DNA of 64,000 nucleotides, from NCBI GenBank assembly GCA_023213395.1, contig CM041465.1, forward strand, positions 224,571,741 through 224,635,740, given 5' to 3'. This document shows, in pieces, positions 51,501 through 63,953 of this stretch (positions within the stretch are counted from its first letter, which is position 1; each line of letters begins with the position of its first letter). The stretch comes from Cycas panzhihuaensis (Eukaryota > Plantae > Cycadophyta). The position numbers were made by a program, and so were the translations under genes. The notes beneath the pieces were generated by a model that worked only from the letters and a program-made list of their open reading frames with translations, made no database searches and was not told the origin of the DNA.

Positions 51501-54500
51501 TGTTCTGGAATTTAATTTTCTACCCAAATTTGTACTTAATTTTCTATATGAGTTATAGGATTATCACCGTTCCGAAATACGGGCAACTCTAATTTTTGTT
51601 TTTGAAATCTTAACAGGATTTGAAATTACTACTATGAGCATAATACCACAGAGAAGCTTGTCCCGTAAGAGATGATGAAAACAACAAATAGCAAAACTCT
51701 TCTTGCCTATTATTATTCTTTAAAAGTTGATTACTATAATCTATATGTTTTTGTGCTTGGCCCACTTGACCCTTGAATTTTTTTCTGACAAAATTTTCTT
51801 CCAAATTTTGTTTCTCCTGGATTTGCGAAGTCTCGACTTGGAAATTTGAAGTTATTTGCTCACTTTTCATTTCTTCCTAATTCTTTGAAGGATCGATGCA
51901 TGCTTCCAACCTATAGCAAGGAGTTGATTTGGTTTTACCCCAAGCATTCTGCAACTAGTTTATCATATAAGATGATGATGCGCTGCTAGGTAAAATTGGT
52001 TGCATTTGATATGCAATTTCTGAGCAAGGACTCATTGTGGGTTTTGATTTCACAGTTGTGGACGATGCTCGTTCCTCATCTTTGATCTTCTCAATATGTG
52101 GTTCGTCTGAGCATCAAGGTAAAATGACAACCTTGCTGCCTGCCTTTAATGTGAATGTGAACTCTCCCCAATCTTGGATGGCTTTGGTTGCCAACAACCA
52201 AGGTCTACCTAGTAATGTCAGATAGGTCTTCCTTTCATCCTGCATCCAAACTACTGCAAAGTCCATCAAAAGTGTAATCCCTACAATAGTAACTGGGACA
52301 TTCATCAAGGTTCCCATTGGCCTAACCTGAAGTTGGTTTGCCAATCTTATCGAGTAATGTGGGGTAACCACTTCCAACCTTCCGAGGTCTATCCAAGATA
52401 ATTTAAGGAGCACATTAACTCCTGATCCTTCATCCACAATTGTCGTGCATAGTGTTGTTCCAAACATGACCATTGGAACTCTCAGATCTATTCCTTTGTC
52501 TTGAATAGCTCTCATCACTAGCTTTTCTATTTGATCCAGGATCAACTGGTAGAAATAACTAGATTCCCACCACTTAAATACAACAGAAATGGGGACTGAG
52601 ACTCCCAATTCTATCAATATATCTTTGACCGTTTGAAGCCTTTGCCATGGATTCATACCTTCTTTTGGAAGTTGCTTATCGGGAACCGATCTTCGTTTAT
52701 ATGTCTGACCCTTGAATCGCTGGTCCTGTCGCAGTTTCTCGCTAGACTTCACCCATGGTATCTTGAAGAATCTTTACAACTTCTTGAAGTCTTTATTTTT
52801 CAATTATTGGATCCAGAAAGGTATCCTATATAGGCATTGTAGTCATTTTTCCACTCCTTGTCTATAATTGGATAGGCATTTCTTTATCTGGAATTATTGC
52901 AACCAGATTTGCATTTTGTGCTTTATTCTTTGGACAGTTTGTCCATTCATGAGCAACTGGTCTGCATTCTTCACAAATAAATTCACCTCCTTTTTTCTCT
53001 AGTGGACAATCTGATCTAAAGTGACCCCATCTTTGGCATAAAATGCAACGAACTGGCTTTGTCTTTCCTTTGTACTGTTTTCTTGTCTTTTCCAACTTCT
53101 GGAAAAATGAATTGTGAATCTCATTATTAGGTTGGGAAAAACATTCCCACATATTGTGGTTAGTTTTCCTACAATATTCACACCATGCCATATGTGCATT
53201 CTTTAAATGTCCTTGTTGATTGCGAGGTGGGGGCACCACATGTTTTGTTGAGATTTTTCCAATCGTAATCTAGCCGATTCTGCACGCAGCTTTTCCATCT
53301 CCTGATTCTAGTGCATGTCAATATATATGTTGGTATGGATGGCTATTGCTTTAATGCCTCCACCTCTTTTTTTAGTGCTTCAATTTCGGGATTTGTTCCC
53401 ATATAGGGTACATGATTTGGATTATATATTTCCCATGGCTGCACTCCTACCAGTGGTATATGAGGAGAAGTTGGTCCTATCTTCTCAGCCTGTTGCATTG
53501 CCCACTGAGAACAGGTTGTCTTCATTTGATTTTCGAACTTCAAAGCTAACTTTTGTATTTGTCCCTAATTATTCATTGGATGCAACATCACTTTGTCCCT
53601 TAATTGTAGGATCAACCCTTGTACAAAGTATTTCATCGCCAACATGGGATTGATTGCCATTATCGGTTGCATCTTGTTCATGATACCCCTCATTCGACCA
53701 TCAAAATCATTAATCGATTCTCCTGGGTATTGCTTTATTTCTTCTAGGGCTTGAAAAATGGTGATGGGGTCTCTTAATTTCTAGAAACAATCTAGAAATT
53801 GATCCTGTATTCTATCCCATGATAGACTTTGTGCTGCTATATACTAGACAATTGTTGCTCCCCTCAGTGTAGAGAAAAACCGAGCCTTTATCTCCTCAGG
53901 GTCCACAATTCTTTTTATTTTCAACACATTCTTGAGTAAGGCCAAATGGTCTCCTAGGTTTGTGGATCCGTCAAACTAAATACTTGAGAATGCAAAATCA
54001 TTTTGTACAATAATGTAAGGTTCGATCGCTCATGTTTTGCTTAGTTGGCCTATTCCCCCGACTGGTTGACTACCGCTTCCTCTTGCATTGGTGAACAGTG
54101 ATTGGTTCGAGGATGAGCCTCCACCACTTGGATTTCCTCCCGACGGTGAACTTTTGCTTCCCACACTCCCTTCTTCGATCGCTCATGTTTTGCTTAGTCG
54201 GCCTATTCCCCCGACTGGTTGATTACCGCTTCCTCTTGCATTGGTGAACAGTGATTGGTTCGAGGATGAGCCTCCACCACTTGGATTTCCTCCCGACGGT
54301 GAACTTTTGCTTCCCACACTCCCTTCTGGGCTTGACATCGTCGACTTGAAAAGAGGATTTAAAATGTGGCTCAAGGGAGTTCTCAGTTCTAACCAATGGT
54401 TATTCCTCCCTTTATTCACTGTATTATATAATTCTAATTCAATTGAATTGTTCTTGTTTTCTTGAAATGGTGTTTCTTCCAAAGATTCCTCTTCGACCGA

Positions 54501-54698
54501 TATTAATTCTTCGCTTTTTCCTTTCTGCCCCTCTTCTAGTTCTAAAGGATCCTCTTCCATTACGTACCCTTGATCATCCATAGTTATTGTCACACTTCCT
54601 TTGACAAACTCCTCTATTACATTCGCTTGTGTCTGTATTTTGCCTTCTATACTTGATTTTCTTCTCCTTGTCGAGTTGGCAAGTGGTCGCCTCTTCAC
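48543..54698 (-). pseudogene. Degenerate gag-pol of G2
   Basis: Gag FFSTLRGA..SWDRIQDQF. Three Cys/His knuckle-like motifs (CEYC..H..C, CILC..GH..C, CEEC..H..C). Protease IVDEGSGVN..LLGRPWL. RT DPFLIPFTEDILEKVAGHEVYSFTDDFSGYNQ and FFDDW. RNase H FHVRVDAS. Integrase FTKWIE..FGCPLELVLDQG. Confidence 0.9.
54021..54326. repeat. 153-bp near-perfect tandem duplication in the G2 gag N-terminal region
   Basis: 54021-54173 and 54174-54326; I see only two substitutions. Confidence 0.95.
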
Positions 54699-55345
54699 TT
54701 ACTTCTTCGATGTCACTACAAATCTAGGTTTCCTTACTCGAGCCTGGAGTCTGTCCTTCTCCCAATGCTCTCTGTGTTCTCGCCGTGATTCTACTTCAGC
54801 ACTAGGTGGCAAGGAAGAGGTCCTAATTCACCTACTCGATCTTGTCCATGATGACAATTTCTCCCTAGTTCATTTGACAATAGAACCAATGTGTGCCTAC
54901 ACCTTGCTCATATGCAACTATCAACATAATGAATAAAGTAAGCATAAGGGATACACAATGTGATGCAAAACATAATATTATTAGAATTGGGAACTGCGTT
55001 TGGTCCTCTCACAGTTAGACGCAAACCCAACAATCTACAAGAATCAGACTAGCACGTCAGGTCTACCATAGTAAGAGAACCAGTTCCTTACAATCCTTCG
55101 TAGGCTTCCTTGCCCACACACACACATGTACATGTCCAAACTGATTGTAACTTATATAAAAAGATCAATGGTTTCAACTACTGTTAGTTACTTTACAAAA
55201 CAATTACAATGATTGGCCTTCCTTGATAATCTCTTTTCTCATTACAATCTAATTACAGTTGTTATTGGGTATAATCATCCAATTTGGATCAACTTGCACC
55301 TGTGGTCCCAACTGCAATCGGTTCGCAACCATGACCCCAACGATC

Positions 55346-58300
55346 AGTTAAGCACTTTTTTTTAATCTTTAAAGTGCCATTGTAAAACACTCTTTTTTGT
55401 TATTTTCTTGATGTACTTTGCTTCTTTGAAGCTCATTGTAAGCTGAATTATAAAACATTTTTTTACAAGTACATCTACCAAGTAAAATCCATTTAAAGTT
55501 CACTTAAATATCATTAAAAAGTGACTTTAAAATCTGGTGGGAGAGGCTAAAAAAATGTTCAAACCTTGCCTTTAAAATAACCTTAAGCTTGGTGCATTCC
55601 CTAAGGGACTAATCGATCGTACGGTCAGTGCACGACAATTAAGGCCTCTTGAGGAAAATGAGGTTCGAAAAGGGTATTATTGGGGCTGTGAATCCCAGGA
55701 AAAGTGTGGTACGTCCATGCAGATCAACCCTACCTGCTTTGTTCTAGATTTGACTTGGTCAACCATTGGATCTCATCTATAGATCAGGGTTGGACCAAAT
55801 CTTTTGTCTAGTCCTCCACCCCTTATCATACAATTCAGTTGTTGGATCTCCTAGTAAAATTAGGATTGTTGGCTTGTTAGAAGATGGAACTTAAGCGACG
55901 AAGGCTTAGAGTTTCCAAGATCATCTGCTAGCTTCAAGACTTTACAACTTCAACATTCTCAATGCATGTACTATAAAATTGACTGCTTAAGATAATTATC
56001 AAGAATAGAAAAGGCAAATACAAAACCTCTTGATAATAAATAAATTTTAGGGTTATGTTTCTAGAAAGATACCCCAACCTGTGCCTGTGCGAAGTGAGAC
56101 TGATGAGAATGTCATTATTTATCCAGATCTAGTTTATATTGTTGCTTGGAAGTCCAAGGATGAAATTGTTTTAGCATTTTTACATATGATTATTGATGTA
56201 CATGTTGATCAAAATATAGGGTGTGCAAAAACTTCAAAGGAAGCTTGGGACACTTGGTCCTCATTGTATAAAAGGCGAGATGAAGCTCGCATTATGTTAG
56301 TGAAAGCCAAACTTTATTCTTTAAAAATTTTCAAGCCTATGTTGGCATTTTTCTTTTTCATTAGAGAAATTTGTAATGAATTGAATACATTAGGCAAATC
56401 AGTTTCCAGAGACGAGCTTGTAATGACAATTGTTCATGCATTGCCTAAGGAGTATAATGGATTCATATCTTCCTTTACACGTGATGGTTAACTTTCAAGT
56501 ATGTCCTTCAATCAACTTGAAAGTTTGTTACTTCAAGAGGAGCAAATTTATATGAGGGAAGATGAGGAGCCATCCACATCAAGAGCATTCAAGGGCAAGT
56601 TGAAGGCCAAGCAAGGTCCCAAACCTTCACTCACAAAACAATTTAGGAATATGAACATTGGCTCATCAAAAGCCAATGTCATTTGTTATTATTATGGCCA
56701 AGTTGGCCACATAGCTCCTAAATGTCGCAAGAAGCAAGCCAATCTCCAAAGACGACAATAGCGTACGTCGGATCATCAGAGGCAACAAAAGCCTCATCAA
56801 CAGTTTTAGCAACAACGGAAGCAGTAGTAGCACCCCCTTCGACCAAATCAAGGAAATCAAAGAGGAAGGGGGGGTTTCAAAGGTGGCAATCAATGCCACT
56901 TTAATCAGTTTGCAGATGAGGATAAGCTATTTTGTGCTTATCACATATCAAATGTTGATCAGACATGGATCATTGACTTGAGGGTATCTCGTCATATGAC
57001 TGGGAGTGAAGAACTCCTTTATGACATCAAAGAAGGAAATGGTCAATCAATGATCTTTGGAAACAATGAGTCAGTTCAGATCTCAGGTGTAGGCAAAAAT
57101 GCCTCATTTCACTCTCCTTCAAATCCTTCATCCACATTTCACATTGGAGATGCTTACCTAATCCCTTCTATGGAGAAGAGTCTACTATCTGTAAGCCAGT
57201 TGGATAAGTAACAAATGAGCATTTTATTTAAAAGTGGGAAATGCATCATTAGTGACAAGTATGATCAGGTTGTTGCCATTGGTCATGAAAACTATGGACT
57301 TTATAAGATGGATGCAAATAATATAACACTTGATTCTGCTTACTCTGTCACTCAATCAATGTCAAAGATGCAGCTTTGGCATCACCGTCTAGGCCACTTA
57401 AGCTTTAGACAACATCAAGATGATGATGAACAAAAACATGGTGCATAGGCTTCGAAAACTTTATAGATTAAAATGTCTTTGTGAAGCTTGCATAATGGGG
57501 ATATAGCATCGACAACCTTTTCCTTAAGGCAAAGCATGGTGTTCATCACATCCCTTGTAACTAATTCATTCAAATTTATATGGACCTATGTCCATGACAT
57601 CTTTTGGAGGGGCATTGTACTACATCTCCTTCATAGATGATTTCTCACACAAAGTTTGGATGTATTTCATCAAACAGAAATATGAAGCATTCCAAAAATT
57701 CAAAGAATTCAAACTTGAGGTGGAGAATGAATCTGGCCACTCAATTAAGATTCTAAGGTCAGACAATGGAGGTGAATTCACTTCAAAAGAATTCATCCAA
57801 TTCTGTAAGGATAACGACATTACAACTCACAGTTTCTTATACTCCTTAACAAAATGTAGTCTTCGAATGAATGAATAGGACTTTGGCAAACAAATCCAAA
57901 GCCATGATGCATGCAAGAGGTCTAACATGAGCATAGTAGGCAGAAGCATTCCACATAGCTGCCTATGTGGCAAATCAGAGTCCTACATCAGCAGTCACCA
58001 ATATCACACCAAAGGAGACTTGGTTTGGCAAAAAGCCTACTGTTAGCCATTTGAGGGCATTTGGGCGCACTACTTATGTGCACATCCCTAATCAACAAAG
58101 ATCTAAGATAGATAAACATAGTCTAAAATGTATCTGTGTACGCTATGCCATTTACAGTAAGGCATACAAATTATATGATCTTGTTAGTAAGAAAATGTAT
58201 CTCTCAAGAGATGTAATCTTTGCTGAAGATGAACACAATGAGTTGGAATCAACATCCATCCAACCTCCTCTTGATAAGGGCAAAAAGATTGTTGAGGACT

Positions 58301-60664
58301 TCCTTCCCTCTCAATCTTCCATACCATGCACATCATTTGCATCCGCTGATCCTTCTCCATCATTAGAATTTGCTCCACTTGATCCCAGCACATCTTCTGT
58401 TGATTAACCACTTTGACTAGAAAATCTTGAGGTTCAAGTAACATCAGTCAAAAATTTGCTCAAATAGTATACTTAGACTGTTTAGGATAGCTAGATTAGT
58501 AAAGGAAAACATCCATCCAAGATGTGGCAACAAACCAATTATGCACTTATGGCTGAAGTGCTATGTGTTGATGAGCCTTCCACTTTTGAAGAGGTATATG
58601 AAAATGAAAATTGAAAGGCTGCCATGGATGAAGAAATCTATTCTATTAAAAAGAATAGAACTTGGGATTTGGTAGAATTGCTTAAGCACAAGCAGGTAAT
58701 CAGCTGCAAATGGATCTACAAGACCAAATTCCACTCTGATGGGATACTCAAGCGCAAAAATGCACGAGTTGTTGCAAAATGCTTCAAATAGAAAGAAGGC
58801 ATTGACTATGAGAAGACTTTTGCACCTGTTGCAAACATAAACACCATCAGGCTCATCTTGGCCTTAGTTGCTCAATGTAAATGGCCAGTTTTTCAGATGG
58901 ACGTGAAGAATGACTTCTTTAGTGACGATTTACAAGAGGAGGTATATTTGAACCAACCTCTTGATTATAAAATACAAGGCAAGGAACACATGGTTTATTG
59001 TCTTAAAAAGACTTTGTATGGCTTGAAACAAGCCCTAGAGCATGGTACTCTAAAATCAATAATTATTTTTTGGGCCATGGATATCATTGATCCATATCAA
59101 ATCCTAACTTATACATTAAAGTTGGGAAGGACCATACAATTTTTATTATTTAGTACGTTGATGACTTAGTGATCACTGGTAATTACACTAAGATGATTCA
59201 AATTCTCCAAGGTGACTTGAAGAGAAGCTTCGAGATGACAGATCTTGGACTTTTCTATTATTTTTTAGTCTTTGAGGTATGACAACAACCAGGCTATATC
59301 TTCATTTTCTAAGCAAAATACTCTTGGGACATTTTGCAGCGGTTCATGATGCATAACTACAAACCAACGCCTATGCCTATGGATAATGGAACAAAGTTGA
59401 CTTTCAATGAGGAAGTTGAACCTGCAGATTCCACTTTTTTCCAGCAACTAGTTGGTAGCCTAATCTACCTCACCAACACTAGACTAAACATTTTATTTGT
59501 TGTTGGAATTTGCTCCAAGTACATGTCTCATTCCAATAAAAAACATTGGAATGCAGCAAAACGCATACTAAAATACATTGAAGGCACATTGTAGCATAGG
59601 CTTGAGTATGTACATAATGACAACTTCATCTTGGAAGGGTTCTTAGACTCTGATTGGTCAGGATGCCAGGATAGTTGGAGATCAACGTTGAGTTACTGTT
59701 TTACCCTTGGTTAAGGAATCATTTCGTGGAGTTGCAAGAAACAACTTAATGTTATCTTGTCCTCTATGGAAGCAAAGTACAAAGCTACAGTCAGCACAGT
59801 TTGTGAGGCTATCTGGCTTCGAAGGATTCTTGGAGAGCTTGGTGCGAAATCAGAGCAGAATCATCCCACCGGGTTATATTGTAACAATTAGAGTGTGCTC
59901 AAGTTGACAAAGAATCTTGTTTTTCATGCATAGACCAAACACATCAAGGTTCATCACCACTTCATCAGAGAGCATGTGCAAAATGGTGAGATCAACCTCT
60001 ATTATAGACCTATATAGTAGCAGACAACAGATATCTTTACCAAGCCACTTAGTAGAGAAGACTTTGTAAAATTTAAAGATCTAGGGGTTCGATTTAACAT
60101 TGTAAACAGTAAGGTGGGATGTTAAACGTTATGTTTATATGTTAAGCATATGTACTTTATTTTCATGTATATTTATACTTTTTGGAGTGACTTATCACTT
60201 AAGTGATAAAGTGCACATCCACATTCTTTCCTAGTGATATAACATTGTGACTTAAGGTTCAAGATGACCCTTATGCACTTTTGCTCACTTGAGAGCTTAA
60301 AAGGACACATATCCTACATACAAAAGATGTAACTTAGATGTTTGACACTTGTCAAACATCAAACATCTTAGGTCTATTCTATAACTCTATATATTGAGAC
60401 CATTTCTCATGTTCTCATATAAAGTTTGAGTTGTATTGTTATGCTACCAATTTGTTAATCAAACTGATATTCATTTAAAAATTAGACCAATTTCATCTTC
60501 TCCATACTTTTGGTATCATCTTGCTCATACTCTTTCATACTTTGATCTTTCATCTTATTTACTTGAGTAACTTTCATTGCTAGTGTTGATCTTCTTAATC
60601 CTAGAACTAGAGTAGAATATCTTTTTAGATCTTAGTTGATATAAGTTAAATGTCATTTTTAACA
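55346..60664 (+). mobile_element. Ty1/Copia C3c (C3 family), 5'-truncated, most degraded copy
   Basis: Distal leader, structured element and gag-pol are homologous to C3a/b. 3' LTR 60120-60664. 5' LTR and PBS are absent. Confidence 0.92.
55956..60125 (+). pseudogene. Degenerate gag-pol of C3c (start codon region deleted)
   Basis: CYYYGQVGHIAPKC; LRSDNGGEF; QMDVKN; TKHIKVHHHF. Many stops. Confidence 0.9.
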
Positions 60665-61124
60665 ATTTAGTTGAGATCAAAAGACACTTTCAAAATCAAT
60701 TTTTATCCTATTAAATGAATGTGATTTTGAATTGTTAACTATGCGAAATGTATAATTTTTTAATATCCACCAAAAAATTTATTTGAAAGTTAAAAACTTT
60801 GCAAAAAATTAATCTAATAAAGATAACTTTGAACCTTAAAAGTGGTGGTGTTGATGTAAATTTTTAATTTAAAGTGTGTATGTGCGTGCTTTGTTGGGGC
60901 AAGTTAGAGGAACTCAAAACGCCTGACCTATTAACTATTAATGCTTGACTTACCTTCACTAACCGACTGCTATATAACTCACTCATTAAAAGAAGTAGCC
61001 AGCTATGTGCAACTTAAATGTTTAATGCTCAATACAATTAAAAAAAAAAAAATCTTTATTACGATGAGTCAAGGGATGCATTTCTCTCCCCTAGAAGGCG
61101 ATCAAAACAAGGAAGAAAGAGGCG

Positions 61125-61208
61125 ATTTTAATGGTTTGGATGACTTACAAAAATTTTAATGGTTTGGATGACTTACAAAAATTTTAATGGTTTGGATGAC
61201 TTACAAAA
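61125..61208. repeat. 3 x 28-bp perfect tandem repeat
   Basis: attttaatggtttggatgacttacaaaa three times. Confidence 0.95.
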
Positions 61209-62165
61209 ATAAATGCCATCATTCAACACAAATGTATTGATTCAATAATATGCTAAACGGTACGGAATTGTAAAGCGATCTTTGCAACAGAATGTATTAA
61301 GACGTCACAACATGGCACATAATTTAAAAACAACGGAATCATAAATGCAATGGCGTCATTAGGCATCAAATTTTCAACGCATTTGCTGGTTGAATGCCAT
61401 CGTGGTAGGCAGCGAATATTGTTTGTGCGATAATATAAACATCTGAATTAGTATCTCCACGAGGTTGCGGAGTAAGGTTCAAAGGCGGGTATCCATGAAT
61501 GTTTGTAGTGAACGGTTAAATGTAGAAACAGACAACTATTAAATTCGATCTCCGTGACTCGTTAAATGATGAGAACAATGATGAATACGTCTTACGTGGG
61601 CGGGCTGAAAGCAGGAATGGCAATATGATTAAGAATCAGATGTAGACGTTTAATGTGCGTAACAATGTAATTATCAGGTAACGCCAACAAGACTTAATAT
61701 AATACAGTGCCTCCAATGATTATATTACGAATCTCCAGAGATGATTACGAAAGTGAAATTAAGCGACGGAGAAAGGCGATTACCGTGGGCGACTACATAA
61801 ATAGTGCTTGGGTGAATGTACATTTCTCCGTGAACAGTTTAAGAATAGAAATTGCAGTTGAAAATAATATCAATGCAACGTCTATGATTGATATCTATCG
61901 CCGACTGTAAAATCAATGCATACACAGGTAAAGGCACTTATTTCATATACCTCCCGGGAATGTTTGGACCATAGGCAATCGACTATGACATGCAACTCTG
62001 TAAGTGGTCAAGGACAGTAATGGAGTGAAGTACTGTAAGAAACGTGGACCATATTGTGAGGCACTAAATGAAGAGAATGAAGACGTTACTCTCCATCATA
62101 TTGGCGTACTAATGATGCACAACCATAAAGAAAACCCAGTGTGTAAATTTCTTATTGCTGCCCCC

Positions 62166-62251
62166 GAGTGCTGGTTGAATGATGATCACATTTAATGCTG
62201 ATTATGATGAGTGCTAGTTGAATGATGATCACATTTAATGCTGATTATGAT
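62166..62251. repeat. 2 x 43-bp tandem duplication
   Basis: gagtgct(g/a)gttgaatgatgatcacatttaatgctgattatgat twice. Confidence 0.9.
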
Positions 62252-63906
62252 GAACTTTACAGATGATTAGGCAAGATAACAGTGGACTATGGGCTGTTCA
62301 TCTAAAGAAGACGACAATGATTTAACTCACCAACAATCTGAAACACCTTCATGAGAGAATGACATGGCAGATTGATAAAAGAATGAGCTTAATTGTCAAT
62401 CAAATCAGATATGAAAGATGGGTAGACAAAGGCCAACATTAATGCATAAGACCAACATAGTGTTGACATTCAGATTGAATAAAGAAACTAGTTTTGAACC
62501 TGGAATTGTGTTGGCTGATGAAGGCCTTTGCTTCACAAATCCTGCTCCATTCTTTGGTGTCCTTATCTTTGCAAATCATCATTCACTCCCACCAACTCGG
62601 TGTACAATCAAGCAATGAAGCTCTTAAATGTATATGGAAAATGGAGGAGAAATACAGAGGGATAGAAGGAGAAGCCGATATATAGGAGAGTCATTACCCA
62701 ATATCCTCCCAAACCAGTCAACCAACTTTGTATTGACAATAAAATGAATTTATACAACATTTTAATGTTTTCTTGGGGTGTGGGGGGTGGGGGTGCTGTT
62801 CGTTTAATCCATTGGAAAATGGAGTGAATGAGCCCCTTCAACCAACTCCTAATTAACTTGAGTAAACATTAATAAGCATTTGTTAAACATGACCCCCTCA
62901 AAAAGGGGTTTACAAAGGTAAAATGAACAAATAATAAGGGGTAAAAACACCCATAATTACCTAGAAACCTAACTTAGGCTTAGGGACTAAATCCATAAGT
63001 CTAACAACTAACACCTGTATCAACACAATGAAACTTCAACATCCAAAACATTTGGGTAACAGGCCGACTTGCCTACACATGAATAATTAAGATATGGAAG
63101 ATAGGAAATTTGCAGCAGAAATAAGCACTTTTTAGCAAGGCAGCAAGAGACAATTTTGGTAATAACTGCTAGAAATCATCCACAGTTGCTCCAAGTAGCA
63201 TAATGGTGGCTGTATTTCAGTAGAGGTTCTGAAAAACTGGACATAGCAATGAATAACTCCTAAGCTTCAAGAGAACAGATGCAAGGATATCACAATTTGA
63301 GACATGAAATCCTCCAATAGCTGTGTCCTGTTTCAGTTGGACAGATCCCAAATGAGAGGCACAAGTCCAAGGAAGATTTATTCCAGGATGCATTCACATT
63401 GAGTGCCTATAGTGTTCTACAACATTGGTTGTTATTGGTAGATACATTCTCTTTGGAAAGAGAGGTCCAATTCAGGGAATTTCTTTGTTGGATGGCCATT
63501 TGAATGTCAATGGTATGAAAAATATGGAAATTGAGAAATCGTGTGTTCTAATTGGTTCCAAAGTCCTTGATAGGGAGAAAACTTGCTGCAGGTATGCATG
63601 GTGAGCATTCTATGCACTTTTGAAGTTTGATGTATGTTTGGAAAATGAGATGAGAAGTCTAGGTTAGTCCATGTCATAGCCTATGTTCTATGTAGAAGAC
63701 AATGACTGCTACCTATTGTACCAAATTACAAGCATTCCTCTTGATATTGTCACAGAATGTGGTTTTGTTAAACAATTAAAATTGTATTGTTTCAAAATGA
63801 AAAGGCATACAATTCAAGTATGGTAAAATCTGAATGTATTTTCTGTTGAAATTGCTTTGCTGTATCTTTTTATTATACAGGCTCATATCTTCCTATGTCT
63901 TTGCAG

Positions 63907-63953
63907 TGAATTCTATACAGTGATTCCCCATGATTTTGGGTTCAAGAAAATGC
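63907..63953 (+). CDS. PARP2: Single 47-bp internal exon of a poly(ADP-ribose) polymerase 2-like gene (PARP regulatory domain)
   Basis: Translates to EFYTVIPHDFGFKKM, matching the plant PARP2 motif LSGEFYTVIPHDFGFKKM as I recall it. Bounded by a pyrimidine tract plus ttgcag acceptor and a gtacgt donor. Confidence 0.8.

Larger units (their letters stand above)
45636..55345 (-). mobile_element. Non-chromovirus Ty3/Gypsy G2 (Athila/Phygy-like) with 3' accessory region; 5' LTR truncated
   Basis: 3' LTR 45636-46351 (tgtgtgc...gcgcaca), PPT ggggaga at 46352-46358. 5' LTR 54890-~55345 (truncated). Decayed PBS tggttctattgtc, compatible with a tRNA-Asp type after C>T/G>A changes (inference). Confidence 0.88.

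Noticed and set aside
2539-58444. Many short antisense ORFs over the retroelement coding regions
   Set aside because: They are shadow frames of gag-pol with no independent motifs.
62166-62260. Box C/D snoRNA-like motifs (ATGATGA..CTGA)
   Set aside because: The repeated boxes come from a 43-bp duplication, the spacing is short, and there is no terminal stem or recognisable guide.
63414-63591. Open frame ending at ctgcag|gtatgc, a possible exon upstream of the PARP2 exon
   Set aside because: The translation (..LLDGHLNVNGMKNMEIEK..) does not resemble the PARP2 sequence expected before EFYTVIPH. At most it is a cryptic exon.
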